Part shown: positions 1 through 9,787 of the stretch, in pieces | How the letters are laid out: each line of letters starts with the position of its first letter | Numbering within the stretch: position 1 is the first letter of the stretch | From: Candidatus Bathyarchaeota archaeon | GTDB lineage: Archaea > Thermoproteota > Bathyarchaeia > 40CM-2-53-6 | DNA: 64,000 nt | Assembly: GCA_963833125.1 (NCBI GenBank) | Contig: CAWHWX010000019.1 | Location: 32,001-96,000 of the forward strand | Reading direction: 5' to 3' | Notes under the pieces: model-generated | The model's input: the letters and a program-made list of their open reading frames with translations, nothing else | The model's database searches: none | What the model was told of the DNA's origin: nothing | Position numbers and translations under genes: made by a program

Positions 1-886
1 AAGCTGAACGGGGGGCGGCCGTGGGGCTTGGACCTGAACTGGTTCAGGCCTAGACATTGGCCTGCCGACCTCGATGGGCACCTTTTCACGGAGGCACTTC
101 ATGATCTCCTTTGGAACTAGGTCTTCTACCTCTTTGCCCAAGGGCGCGCGAGCAACGTAGTCAACGGGGGCTACTTGCATTAGTTCCTTGAGAATTAGAT
201 CGCCTCCTCTGTCTCCGTCAAGGAATGCTGTTGTCTCCTTGTTCTTGCTTAGTTCGATTATGGTCTTAGGAATCTTGGTCCCTTCTATCGCAACCGCGTT
301 TCTAATTCCGCATCTCAGCAAGTTCACTATGTCCGCGCGACCTTCCACGAATATTACCGAAGCACTCGTGGCGACGTCAGGGCCCGCAGGGAGATGATCA
401 GGTCCGTATTCGGCGACGTCGGATGAGCGAATTACGCCGGAGACATCCTTCACCATCTCATCGGTGCTGGGCGATTCCTCCACCACCCAGGTCCTCAGGA
501 TGTCTTTGGCCTTGTCGAGGATTTGCTTTCGTTTGTCCTCTCTTATGTCAGCCACTTTTTCCAGAGTGACCTTGGCTAGGCATGGGCCGATTCGGTCAAC
601 GCTCTGGACGGCGGCTGCTATGATTGCCGTCGAGGTCTTGTCCAAGCTCGACGGAATCGTGATTACTCCGAACGTCTTGTCCTGTTTAGAGTCTAATTGA
701 ATTTCTATGCGTCCGATTCGACCGGATTTTTGAAGCTCGCAGTAGGTCCAGGTCCGGCCCAAACAATCCTTCCGTTTGACCGAAGATGGCGCCTATCACG
801 TCAGGCTTTTCTACTACGCCCTCCACTTCGAAGCGGGCAACAATCATATACTTTGTCGTAGCTGCATATTGAGAATTTGATCCCAA
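1..886 (-). CDS. dnaG: Archaeal DnaG-like primase/exosome-associated protein, 3' end outside the window, one apparent frameshift near 740
   Basis: N-terminus [32 protein letters not shown]; continues in another frame as [11 protein letters not shown], with TOPRIM motifs IFVEGRAD and AFLDGDRGG. Confidence 0.9.
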
Positions 887-1062
887 TTAGGAATGAACCT
901 CCTATTTTGCTCACGTTTGCATGATTTCGATACATGAGCATTCGACAAAGTACTTCAGAAGTTCCCAATATAAACTGTGTGCACTCAAATGATTCCAAAT
1001 CGAGACTAAGGAAACATCTTATTCTCACCTTGGTCCTCATCCAGGACCAGAGAGTCAAAATC

Positions 1063-2061
1063 ATGGCAAGAATCGGCATAAACGGGTTCGGCAGAATCGG
1101 CCGCTGTTTTTTCAGGGCCGCAACCGAAGCTGGCGTTGAAGTTGTCGCGGCAAACGATATAATGGATCCAAAGACCACCACGCACCTCCTGAAGTACGAC
1201 TCCGTCTTCGGAAAGTTCCAAAAAACCCTCACAGCACAGCCTGACGGATTCAAAGTTGATGGGAGGGAGGTCAAAATCCTCTCTGTGAAAGACCCCGGTG
1301 AGATCCCTTGGTCGAAGCACGGCGTAGACATCGTTGTCGAATCAACAGGACTATTTACCAACCGCGAAGCAGCGGCTAAACACATGAAAGGGGGAGCAAA
1401 GAAGGTCCTGATTTCTGCTCCTGCCAAGAGCCCCGACATTACTATCGTTCCAGGTGTGAACTTGGACAAATATGACTCGAAGAAACATGATGTCGTATCG
1501 TTGGCGTCTTGCACTACCAACTGCGTAACGCCCGTCGTCAAAGTTCTACATGATTCTTGTACCATCAAACACGGTTTCATGACGACTGCTCACGCATACA
1601 CTAGTGATCAACGCCTCCAAGACTCCCCGCACAGCGATCTTCGGAGGGCGAGAGCTGCTGCGCTCTCGATAATACCCACCTCTACTGGCGCAGCAATTGC
1701 AACTACCGAAGTAATCCCTGAACTGAAGGGAAAGGTGGACGGAGTCGCGCTGCGTGTCCCCGTCCCAGACGGTTCGATTGTCGATTTTGTGGCCGAAGTC
1801 GAACGTGACGTAACCGTTGACTATGTGAACAAAGCTTTCCAGACGGCTGCAAACGGGTCAATGCAGGCGATTCTCGAATACTCCGATGAACCCCTAGTCT
1901 CATCGGACATCGTAGGTAATCCACATTCCGCCGTATTCGACTCCCTCTCTACTATGGTGCTTGATAACAGGCTAGTCAAGGTATTCGCTTGGTATGACAA
2001 CGAGTGGGGATACTCAAACAGGTTAGTCGACATGGTTCGAACAATGGCTAAGTCTCTCTAA
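1063..2061 (+). CDS. gap: Type I (bacterial/eukaryotic-like) glyceraldehyde-3-phosphate dehydrogenase
   Basis: MARIGINGFGRIGR, catalytic ASCTTNC, C-terminal WYDNEWGYSNR; likely start is ATG 1063 inside ORF 934..2061. Confidence 0.95.
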   Translation: MARIGINGFGRIGRCFFRAATEAGVEVVAANDIMDPKTTTHLLKYDSVFGKFQKTLTAQPDGFKVDGREVKILSVKDPGEIPWSKHGVDIVVESTGLFTNREAAAKHMKGGAKKVLISAPAKSPDITIVPGVNLDKYDSKKHDVVSLASCTTNCVTPVVKVLHDSCTIKHGFMTTAHAYTSDQRLQDSPHSDLRRARAAALSIIPTSTGAAIATTEVIPELKGKVDGVALRVPVPDGSIVDFVAEVERDVTVDYVNKAFQTAANGSMQAILEYSDEPLVSSDIVGNPHSAVFDSLSTMVLDNRLVKVFAWYDNEWGYSNRLVDMVRTMAKSL

Positions 2062-2072
2062 CGACGCCTCAC

Positions 2073-2519
2073 CTACGAGTGTCGTCTCAGTTCTGGACCC
2101 GAGCGACGGTGGAATTGGACTTCAGCCTGGAGCCTTTCGTAAAGTCTCGGCAATTCCTCAATGCTTCTGAGTTCTGATCGAGTAAGGCCACGAAGTTCGC
2201 GCCACAACATTAGGTTTGCATGAATCTTTTGTGAGCTGAGGATGCGAGATAATCTGTTCGCTAAGAAGACTCCTTGGCGATCAAAGTCAGTCAAAACTAC
2301 TACGCGGTTCTCCCCGTAAAGTTGCTCGGCAAATCCGAGGGTGTTCTTCCGGCTGCTTTGTAGGCACAGAATCCTCCCCTCGATGCCCATCAGCCGAAGA
2401 GATTCTTTATCGCGAGGTCCCTCCACTACAATGATCGTGCCCCTCTCGGCTTCTTCCTGTACTCTTTCAATGAGTTTCTGAAGTCGTTCGAACCTAACTT
2501 CTGTTGGGGCACGCATCAC
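2073..2519 (-). CDS. Small TOPRIM-domain protein (RNase M5-like)
   Basis: IIVVEGPRDKESL and VVVLTDFDRQG TOPRIM motifs. Confidence 0.85.
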   Translation of the reverse strand: MMRAPTEVRFERLQKLIERVQEEAERGTIIVVEGPRDKESLRLMGIEGRILCLQSSRKNTLGFAEQLYGENRVVVLTDFDRQGVFLANRLSRILSSQKIHANLMLWRELRGLTRSELRSIEELPRLYERLQAEVQFHRRSGPELRRHS

Positions 2520-2525
2520 GTAATG

Positions 2526-3614
2526 TTACCTTGTTATTTCCATTTGTTCCATTTTTCGTAACAGTTCCGTGTGATCGTTGAACTCTTGTCTGACCGGTTC
2601 TAGGATCTTGATGAGGCCTTCAGCAACCGCGTTCTTGAGGTCCAGTGGATGAATTTTGCCCAGCCGGTACTCCTCTTCCAACTCTTTAGAATTAGCAAAA
2701 GAGAGTGGGCCACCGTATTTGCTCGGCCTGTCAACCATTACTGAGCCCGTCCAGGGGAAAATCACGTAACGGGTGATTTCGATGACTGGGTTGTTTTCAA
2801 CGTCTTTCTCAGGGCAGTAAGCAGAACGAACTTTCTTTCTGATAACGTCCGGCTCGTCGTGGACGATTACGCCACTTCCAGCAACGCTCTTTGACATTTT
2901 GGAGGTGATTTGGGCGTTGAGTTGCTTATCTTCGTCGAAGTTTGTTGTATCCATTCTCTTCATGCCCGCGAGGCCGGGTAGGAGGTGTGTGTGCAGGCTA
3001 GTTGGTTTATTCCATCCAAGCTTTTCACCGACATCCCTTGCCAGCGCGTGCGCCTTTCTCTGATCCATACCTGCGCAAGCAACATCTAACTTCATCTCGA
3101 AAATGTCCGCAACTTGCATGCAAGGGTAGAAGGCTGACGCAGCTTCTAGATCGGTAGCGTTCATTCCTCTGCCCATGATCGGGAGAGCTCGCCATATCCG
3201 GTTCACGCTCACCGACTTTCCAACCCTAATCACTCGTTCCCAGTACTCTTGCTTGGAGGTGAGCTCCGAGGCCCACAGGTACGTGGCTTTTGATGGTGGG
3301 ATGCCGAGGGCAGTGAAGCATTGCTTCAGATATTCCCCGCAGGTTTTGATGTTCTCCATACTGCCTCCGAGTTTGTTGTTAATCCATGAATGCCAGTCGG
3401 CTAGGAATACTATGTAGTCGAATCCGGCTTCGATCATGTCAATGATCTTTCTGCCACACACTAGGCCCATGCCAATGTGCATCATGCCGCTGGCTTCGAA
3501 CCCCCAGTATGCACGCGGTCGGGTCTTAGTCTCCAAGAGCGTTTTCATTTCTTCGCGCGTGATGACTTCTTCCGCGTTCCGGGTAACCAACTCGAGCCTT
3601 GATTCCGTATCCAC
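2526..3614 (-). CDS. tyrS: Tyrosine--tRNA ligase (archaeal type)
   Basis: AYWGFEASGMMHIG, YPCMQVAD, GMDQRK, KMSKS. Confidence 0.95.
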   Translation of the reverse strand: MDTESRLELVTRNAEEVITREEMKTLLETKTRPRAYWGFEASGMMHIGMGLVCGRKIIDMIEAGFDYIVFLADWHSWINNKLGGSMENIKTCGEYLKQCFTALGIPPSKATYLWASELTSKQEYWERVIRVGKSVSVNRIWRALPIMGRGMNATDLEAASAFYPCMQVADIFEMKLDVACAGMDQRKAHALARDVGEKLGWNKPTSLHTHLLPGLAGMKRMDTTNFDEDKQLNAQITSKMSKSVAGSGVIVHDEPDVIRKKVRSAYCPEKDVENNPVIEITRYVIFPWTGSVMVDRPSKYGGPLSFANSKELEEEYRLGKIHPLDLKNAVAEGLIKILEPVRQEFNDHTELLRKMEQMEITR

Positions 3615-3647
3615 TTTTCATTCTTCCTAGGAAAGGTACGCTTGTGT

Positions 3648-3845
3648 GAGCCTTCCTGTTTGCTTGTGTACTGATATTAGTTCGCTTGAGCGGATTCGCC
3701 GCAGGACTGAAATTTCGGACAAGCCGACTTTTCAGTCCTTGTCGCCCACGACACTAACACGCAAACTTCACTGGAGGGCTTCGCCCCACTCAGTTGGCTC
3801 TCTCGGAGGTGGGCAGGCTCTGGTGCCGCCGAGCGCTACTCAGTC
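3648..3845 (-). other. Strongly self-complementary element between pheT and tyrS (candidate structured RNA)
   Basis: Several helices found by eye, e.g. 10-bp AGGACTGAAA/TTTCAGTCCT (3739-3730/3712-3703), TGCCCAC/GTGGGCG, GAGCCT/AGGCTC; no family recognised. Confidence 0.4.
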
Positions 3846-5544
3846 GCAGCCTATACAAGCGGTCAATTTCAAGTTCCATGGCAGCTACGGGGTTCTGGAG
3901 TTTCCAGTTCTCGATGACTTGAGGGTGTACCTCTCCTATTATGCCAACCTCCTCGTCTCCGATATGAATGCTCCCGATTCTTCCCTCCAAGAAACTCGGG
4001 TGCTCGATCTGTGTAACTGTGAATTCCAACCCTAGATTTGTCATGAGGGGCTCGAGGTATGATTTCATCTCTGTGAAGTTAGCCTTTGAGTGTGCTGAGA
4101 CACAGACGATTTCTCGTATGTCCTTCGTTCGTGTCGGAAGCGTGGCGTCCCAGTCGACGTAGTCGCCTACCTCAAACAGTTTTTGTGGGTATTCGACGTG
4201 TGTGTTGTTCGATAGGAAGTCCATTAGGCTAGGCAGTAGCCAGGAGCGAAGGCAAGTTAAGGTTGTTACTTTCGGGTTCGCGATCTCCACGGCCATGCCA
4301 GGCTGTCGGTTCATCTTCTCAAACAGTTTCTCCGGACTCGTCATCATGAAGCTTAGCACTTCCTGAAAGCCAAGCCCTACAGCAAGCTCCCTGACGGTGT
4401 CTGAGAATTCTTCGAGCGGGGATAGGCCACCTATGGTGACATCAGATGGCCATCTAGGTTCGATCCTGTTAATTCCATAGGCAATCGCAATGTCCTCGAT
4501 CACGTCCACCGGATGCAGGATGTCAAGTCGATAACAGGGCACTCGAACATTCAAGCTCTTACCTGACCCCGCATTCACGTCGAATCTTGCTCGTCGAAGC
4601 AGCTTCACAATTTCCGTTCGGCCCAAATCCAACCCAATAATGCTCTTCACTTCCTCCTGAGGCAATCTAACATGTCGCTCGCTGAAATCAGGCGTAGTCA
4701 CGTGGCGAGTCTTGCCATAGGGATAATGTACAACAGCCGAGTTGATTTCGGCTCCACGGTCGGCAAGGCATGTTGTCAGGATGGTTAGGGCGCTCGATAC
4801 AGTTTCCTCGGATGTTCCAGTGATCTCGACAAGAATGTTCCTTGTATCTGGTGTTATTCGGCCGAGGTCGTTAGAGTTGATGATGGGTGGGAATGAGAGC
4901 ACTTTGTTCTTCGCTTCTAGAATTATGGGAACCTTAGGATACTGCTTGACTATTCCTCCGTACTCTATCCCTTTGGGATGCTGCTCTAGGATTTCGCGGA
5001 GTGAGAGAGGATGATCCCATTCAAGAGGAACGAACTTCACGTCGTCGAGTCCCACTGCGCCGTACCGGAGTGGTGGCGTGATTAGATCGAAGTCATAGAA
5101 ACCGATTGATGATCTCTTGCGGTTTCTACCGTACGTTTTGTCGAGTTTCTCTTGGATTTGTACGAGTCCGCGAATGATCGCATCGTTGATCTTGATGTTT
5201 CGGGCTACTGCGCAGCAGATGAACGGCCTTATCTTAGCAAGCTCCTTTTCCACAGAGATTTCAACTGCAGTTTTCCTGGCGGAGTATTTCTTGATCCCAA
5301 CCTCTAATCCCTGGTAGCCTCTCAATGCTCGGGCTATCCCTTCTGAGCTCCATGTGTCCGGCCGGTTGGTATCCTTGTTCTCCAACTGAAGTTCGGAATC
5401 ATCGGAGACTTGCTCAGTTTCGCTTGAGCCTGAGAGCTCGCATTTGACAGAGTAAAGTAATTCGTCCAGTTGACTTCGTTTCCGGGGGAGTTTCTGGCCA
5501 TAGAGTTGTTCTAGGTCATCTAGTCTTGTGAGAATTGTTACCAT
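3790..5544 (-). CDS. pheT: Phenylalanine--tRNA ligase beta subunit
   Basis: DTNRPDTWSSEGIARAL, VLSFPPIINS, YRLDILHPVDVIEDIAIAYG. Confidence 0.95.
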   Translation of the reverse strand: MVTILTRLDDLEQLYGQKLPRKRSQLDELLYSVKCELSGSSETEQVSDDSELQLENKDTNRPDTWSSEGIARALRGYQGLEVGIKKYSARKTAVEISVEKELAKIRPFICCAVARNIKINDAIIRGLVQIQEKLDKTYGRNRKRSSIGFYDFDLITPPLRYGAVGLDDVKFVPLEWDHPLSLREILEQHPKGIEYGGIVKQYPKVPIILEAKNKVLSFPPIINSNDLGRITPDTRNILVEITGTSEETVSSALTILTTCLADRGAEINSAVVHYPYGKTRHVTTPDFSERHVRLPQEEVKSIIGLDLGRTEIVKLLRRARFDVNAGSGKSLNVRVPCYRLDILHPVDVIEDIAIAYGINRIEPRWPSDVTIGGLSPLEEFSDTVRELAVGLGFQEVLSFMMTSPEKLFEKMNRQPGMAVEIANPKVTTLTCLRSWLLPSLMDFLSNNTHVEYPQKLFEVGDYVDWDATLPTRTKDIREIVCVSAHSKANFTEMKSYLEPLMTNLGLEFTVTQIEHPSFLEGRIGSIHIGDEEVGIIGEVHPQVIENWKLQNPVAAMELEIDRLYRLRLSSARRHQSLPTSERAN

Positions 5545-5545
5545 T

Positions 5546-7063
5546 TCATGGCACCTTCTGCTTTCGGAGCCAGTCGAGGTCTTGGGCGAATAGCAGGCGT
5601 ATGTCTTCGATTCCCTCCCGCATCATATACAGCCTGTCGGCTCCTATACCCCAAGCGAGTACTGGGACGTTAATGCCCAATGGCCGAGTGACTTCTGGTC
5701 GAAAGATTCCAGATCCACCGAACTCAAGCCATCCGTAGCCTTTCTTGTATGCCTGCAGTTCTATGCTGGGTTCGGTGAAGGGGAAGTAGTCGGGCCTGAA
5801 CCTAACCTTCTCGGCCCCAGCGATGTCGATCGCGAAGCGTTCGAGCACCCCAAGGAGGTCTCTGAGCGTGAGCCCAGCACCTACGACGATTCCTTCCACC
5901 TGGTTGAACTCTGTAAGGTGTGTCCGGTCCACTTGATCTGGCCTAAAGCACCTGGCCACGGAGAAGTATTTTCCGGGTATTTTCAATTCTTTACTTACTA
6001 GTGTGCGCACGCTCTCGGCGGTGCCTTGGCTTCTGAGAATGAGTTTCAGAGCTTCCTCTCGAGAGTAGGAATATCGCCACCCGGTTGAGCCTGTTTTCCA
6101 GCCGTTTTCGTGTGTCTTCGCGACTGGTTCCATGAACGCGGCGTCGTCAGCCAACTCGCCTTTTTGATCGGTTTTGATGAAGTATATGTCGTGGATTTCT
6201 CGTGCTGGATGATCTTGGGGCATGAAGAGTGCGTCGCAATTGAAGAACATGAGTTCAACTGTGGGCCCAATCATTTCCTTGAAGCCCAGGTTGACTAGTT
6301 TCTTTTTCAGATCGTCAAGGAACCGCCGATATGGCTGCCTCTTCCCTGGCCAAGATGGGGTTACGGGAGCGGCGATGTTGTACTTTCTGAATGTGACCTT
6401 CTTCCATTGTTGTGACGTGAGTAGATCGGGTGTAAGGTCGCTCACTTCCATCGGAACATCGACGCCTTCCTCGACCGCCCTCCAGCCCTGTGGAGAGAGC
6501 TCGATGTAACGCTTTGTGCGTTTTCTGGTTTCCAGAAGTTTACGTCGCTTGAGTGTTTCAACCTCTTTTCTTAAATTGGAAGGCAATTCTTCTAGTGACA
6601 TTTCAGTTTTCGCGGATAGGGCATCAAGCAGGCTTTCGGCATCGGTCTTATCCGGAATTCCTCTAGCGCGAAGTACAACCTTCTGGAGTTCGGAAGTAAC
6701 TTCGCACCACCTCGCCACCTTAATCCATCCCAGAGCGACGGACGCCATGGCTGGTTGAATTCCGGCGCGTCTTGAGGCCTGTTCAAGTGTAGCCTCGCCT
6801 CCTAACTCCAGCACTGCTTGGACGAGTCTCCGTTCGGGTAAGCCGAGTTTGGCATATTCTGCCCCTTCAGCAGTAAGTTTGAGTAGGATTTGTTCAGCCT
6901 CACGAACGTGTACGAGCTGCTTTTCCTGCAGCATTGAGAGAGCTCGAGTTGCCGCAGCACTTTCCTGGTGAGAGCTCATCACTAATTCTTCGAAGGAGCA
7001 ATTGCCTCCTGAGGACTGCAGAGCTTTCAGCACTGCCGCCTCGTTTTCACGCAGCTGAATCAA
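5546..7063 (-). CDS. pheS: Phenylalanine--tRNA ligase alpha subunit
   Basis: DALFMPQDHPAREIHD, THLTEFNQVEG, YFPFTEPS, GSGIFRPEV; probable TTG start at 7063 with a GGGGG SD-like run upstream. Confidence 0.95.
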   Translation of the reverse strand: MIQLRENEAAVLKALQSSGGNCSFEELVMSSHQESAAATRALSMLQEKQLVHVREAEQILLKLTAEGAEYAKLGLPERRLVQAVLELGGEATLEQASRRAGIQPAMASVALGWIKVARWCEVTSELQKVVLRARGIPDKTDAESLLDALSAKTEMSLEELPSNLRKEVETLKRRKLLETRKRTKRYIELSPQGWRAVEEGVDVPMEVSDLTPDLLTSQQWKKVTFRKYNIAAPVTPSWPGKRQPYRRFLDDLKKKLVNLGFKEMIGPTVELMFFNCDALFMPQDHPAREIHDIYFIKTDQKGELADDAAFMEPVAKTHENGWKTGSTGWRYSYSREEALKLILRSQGTAESVRTLVSKELKIPGKYFSVARCFRPDQVDRTHLTEFNQVEGIVVGAGLTLRDLLGVLERFAIDIAGAEKVRFRPDYFPFTEPSIELQAYKKGYGWLEFGGSGIFRPEVTRPLGINVPVLAWGIGADRLYMMREGIEDIRLLFAQDLDWLRKQKVP

Positions 7064-7241
7064 GAAAGGTCCCCCTTTCGGGATATTGCATCCGAGTGGG
7101 GTTGTACTTATCACTGATATGCTATAGGCCGCGATTTGGGATAGGCCGTTGCCTGAAAAGGTAGTCGCCTGCAATCATGGCTTCGACCTTGATGTTTGCT
7201 GGTAGCTTCGTGGGTGTATATTAGACTGCCTAGATTTTCTT

Positions 7242-8387
7242 CTAGACGTCCTTTGGATTGAACAGGTATTCCTCGAACCTATCCTTCGCTTTCTCGCGCT
7301 TCTCTTGATGCTCTACAAGGAATTTCTTCACACGGGGCGCTAGGGTTTGCTTGCATTCCCCGCACATGATATTTCCAGCTAGGCAATTGTATCGTAGATC
7401 CTCGATTTCCTTCTGATCCATGAAGAGGAAGTAGTCGTATGCGAAAACCGAGCAGATATCGGGATTCGCTCCTAGTCGACGTTGTTCCTCAATAGTGCTT
7501 CTCCCCCCAGTGAACGCTCCCATAATCTTCTTTTCTGCTACTTCGGGCGAATCTACGGTGAAGATCGATGTTTCCGGCTCGGATGCAGACATCTTGCCGC
7601 CCCTTCCTAGCCCAGGCATGAATCTGCAGTGGATTTGAGCTGGTTTATAGTAGCCTAGCTTTGGTGCGACATCGCGGGTTACTCGCCAGTATGGGTCTTG
7701 GTCTATTGCGGCGGGGATTAAGCAAGGGACATTTTTCCCGGTCAAGTAGGACTCGAGGAATGCGGGCACTGCTTGAATGGCGGGGTAAAAGAGCATGCCA
7801 ATGTTTGTGCTGTCCTGGAAGCCGAAAACTGCGCGGACCGTTGAGTAAGTCATGCGTTTGGCGATCTGGATTGCTAGGTGGTATAGGGAATCGATGTTCT
7901 TCGTATCCATGATGATCTTCGTTTTTTTGGGATCAAATCCCAGTGCGATGATGTCTAGTGAATTTTCGTAGGCCCATTTCTGGGGGTCCTCAATCGAGAA
8001 TTCGTCGTGGTAAAGGAATTTTTCGTCATCGGTCATTTGAAAGTACAATTTAGCGCCGAATTTGTCTTGCAGATACTTCGTGAAGATCCATGGAGCGAGA
8101 TGGCCAATGTGAACGGGCCCAGATGGACCTCTACCCGTGTAGAGGACGAACTTTTCGCCCGCCTCATATCGTTGAAGAATCCAATCCATGTCTCGATGCG
8201 AAAAGAATATGCGCCGTTCCAGTTGAGGGTGTAGTGTCCCTGTGAATTTCTTGATCCGGTCGAGTAATTCCGGCGTTAGAGGTTGTGTTCCGAAATCTCT
8301 GATGAGCTTGTCGTAATCGATTTTGCCTCGTACTTCCCAGGGCGTTACGACCATTTCTTCGTTGTTGGTTGACAAGATTTGATTCAC
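7242..8387 (-). CDS. trpS: Tryptophan--tRNA ligase
   Basis: VTPWEV, LYTGRGPSGPVHIGH, IDQDPYWR, KMSAS. Confidence 0.95.
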   Translation of the reverse strand: MNQILSTNNEEMVVTPWEVRGKIDYDKLIRDFGTQPLTPELLDRIKKFTGTLHPQLERRIFFSHRDMDWILQRYEAGEKFVLYTGRGPSGPVHIGHLAPWIFTKYLQDKFGAKLYFQMTDDEKFLYHDEFSIEDPQKWAYENSLDIIALGFDPKKTKIIMDTKNIDSLYHLAIQIAKRMTYSTVRAVFGFQDSTNIGMLFYPAIQAVPAFLESYLTGKNVPCLIPAAIDQDPYWRVTRDVAPKLGYYKPAQIHCRFMPGLGRGGKMSASEPETSIFTVDSPEVAEKKIMGAFTGGRSTIEEQRRLGANPDICSVFAYDYFLFMDQKEIEDLRYNCLAGNIMCGECKQTLAPRVKKFLVEHQEKREKAKDRFEEYLFNPKDV

Positions 8388-8494
8388 CGACTTGGGGGAT
8401 GGTTCCCAAGTGTTTTCTTGAGATTCATACTGGCTCTGAATCCTAAATAGATGGCTAGAGAAATGGTCGTTGTCTAAAGAAGGTTTAGCCCAAT

Positions 8495-9388
8495 TTGAGT
8501 CAAGAGCTGGAGAAATTCGTTGAATCAGGAAAGATTCTCGCCCGAGTTCGGGGTTATGTCAAGGGGATGGAGGTTCGGGGGAGAAGAGTTTTGGATGTTT
8601 GCGAGGAAGTTGAGGGAAAGATTAGAGAGTTTGGTGGTAGACCAGCTTTTCCGTGCAACGTTGGAATCAATGAGGTTGCCGCACATTATACCAGTCCCTG
8701 GGACGACGTAAGTGTTGTTCCTGACGGTTCTATTGTCAAGGTTGACTTCGGGGTCGAGCTAGACGGCTTCGCGACTGACACTGCGATTCCCATCTCGCTT
8801 AACCCCGCTTACGATTCCATGATCATTGCAGCAGAAGCCGCGTTGCAAGAAGCTGTGTCAGCCGTAGCGCCTGGCCGCAAGCTCTCGGATGTTGGCGGAG
8901 TAGTAGAACGTTGCATCGAACGATATGGCTTCAAGCCGATTAGGAATCTTACTGGACATAAAATAGACCGTTACAACTTGCACGCAGGTAAGTCTGTTCC
9001 GAATGTGTCGGGAATTGAGAGCGGACGATTTGAAGTTGGAGAGGTTTACGCAGTGGAGCCCTTCGTAACCCTTCGAAGTGCTGAGGGAGCGGTAACGGAT
9101 GGCGACGCAGCATACATTTACAGACTTGTCAAAACAAAAGGCGCCAAGTCGAAGGAAGCCATTCAACTTGCTGATTATGTTAAGCAGACGTACAAGACTC
9201 TGCCCTTCGCCTCTCGTTGGATTCACAATTCATGGCGTCAAGGCGAATTCGCTGCCTTCGGAGAGTTGGTTTCTCAGCGATGCGTTGTGGGGTACCCCGT
9301 CCTCGTGGAGGCGAGTGGTCAGCCAATCGCCCAAGCAGAACATACTATCGTAGTTACAGAAGGCGGCTGCAGAATTCTGACGGGTTAA
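8495..9388 (+). CDS. map: Type II methionine aminopeptidase
   Basis: AFPCNVGINEVAAHYT, KVDFG, NLTGH, YAVEPF, AQAEHT. Confidence 0.95.
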   Translation: MSQELEKFVESGKILARVRGYVKGMEVRGRRVLDVCEEVEGKIREFGGRPAFPCNVGINEVAAHYTSPWDDVSVVPDGSIVKVDFGVELDGFATDTAIPISLNPAYDSMIIAAEAALQEAVSAVAPGRKLSDVGGVVERCIERYGFKPIRNLTGHKIDRYNLHAGKSVPNVSGIESGRFEVGEVYAVEPFVTLRSAEGAVTDGDAAYIYRLVKTKGAKSKEAIQLADYVKQTYKTLPFASRWIHNSWRQGEFAAFGELVSQRCVVGYPVLVEASGQPIAQAEHTIVVTEGGCRILTG

Positions 9389-9777
9389 TCCTTCTTGTGC
9401 TTGATATCTTCTGCGTAGATTACGTCGACCTGCATCTTGCCCTTACATTGTTGGCATTGGCCAACTTCCTTGGAGACGTAGTCTCCTGTGCTGAAAGTTC
9501 GGATCACTTTGAATCCGCAGCCGGCGCAGATTACTTGACTGAGTACTTTCGCGGCTATGTGTTGTAGGTATACCATTCGTTGGCGCATTCGTGTGATGGA
9601 GGAGATTGCGAGTACTGTTCCCACCGATGCCATGAGGCCGTAGACTATGAACTGAGTGTATTGACCGGCTTGATAGTTGTTCAGTGCTTGAATCATTGCG
9701 AACATGGATATTGCTAGGATGACGAGCGAAAACGCGATCATGAGGTAACCCCAGATTGCTGGTGATTTCGTACTCAA
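9385..9777 (-). CDS. Two-TM membrane protein with C-terminal Zn ribbon
   Basis: Two hydrophobic helices, then CAGC and CQQC; 10 nt downstream of the DUF1512 gene. Confidence 0.7.
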   Translation of the reverse strand: MSTKSPAIWGYLMIAFSLVILAISMFAMIQALNNYQAGQYTQFIVYGLMASVGTVLAISSITRMRQRMVYLQHIAAKVLSQVICAGCGFKVIRTFSTGDYVSKEVGQCQQCKGKMQVDVIYAEDIKHKKD

Positions 9778-9787
9778 TTCTAATCGC

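Noticed and set aside
801-1580. Long antisense ORF over gap, and similar shadow ORFs such as 30713..31402 and 37393..37896
   Set aside because: They mirror genes on the other strand and lack recognisable motifs.
3648-3845. Permuted tRNA-Phe, HDV-like ribozyme, RNase P RNA or SAM riboswitch
   Set aside because: Only partial motif resemblance, and no complete consensus could be built. It is kept as an unassigned structured element.
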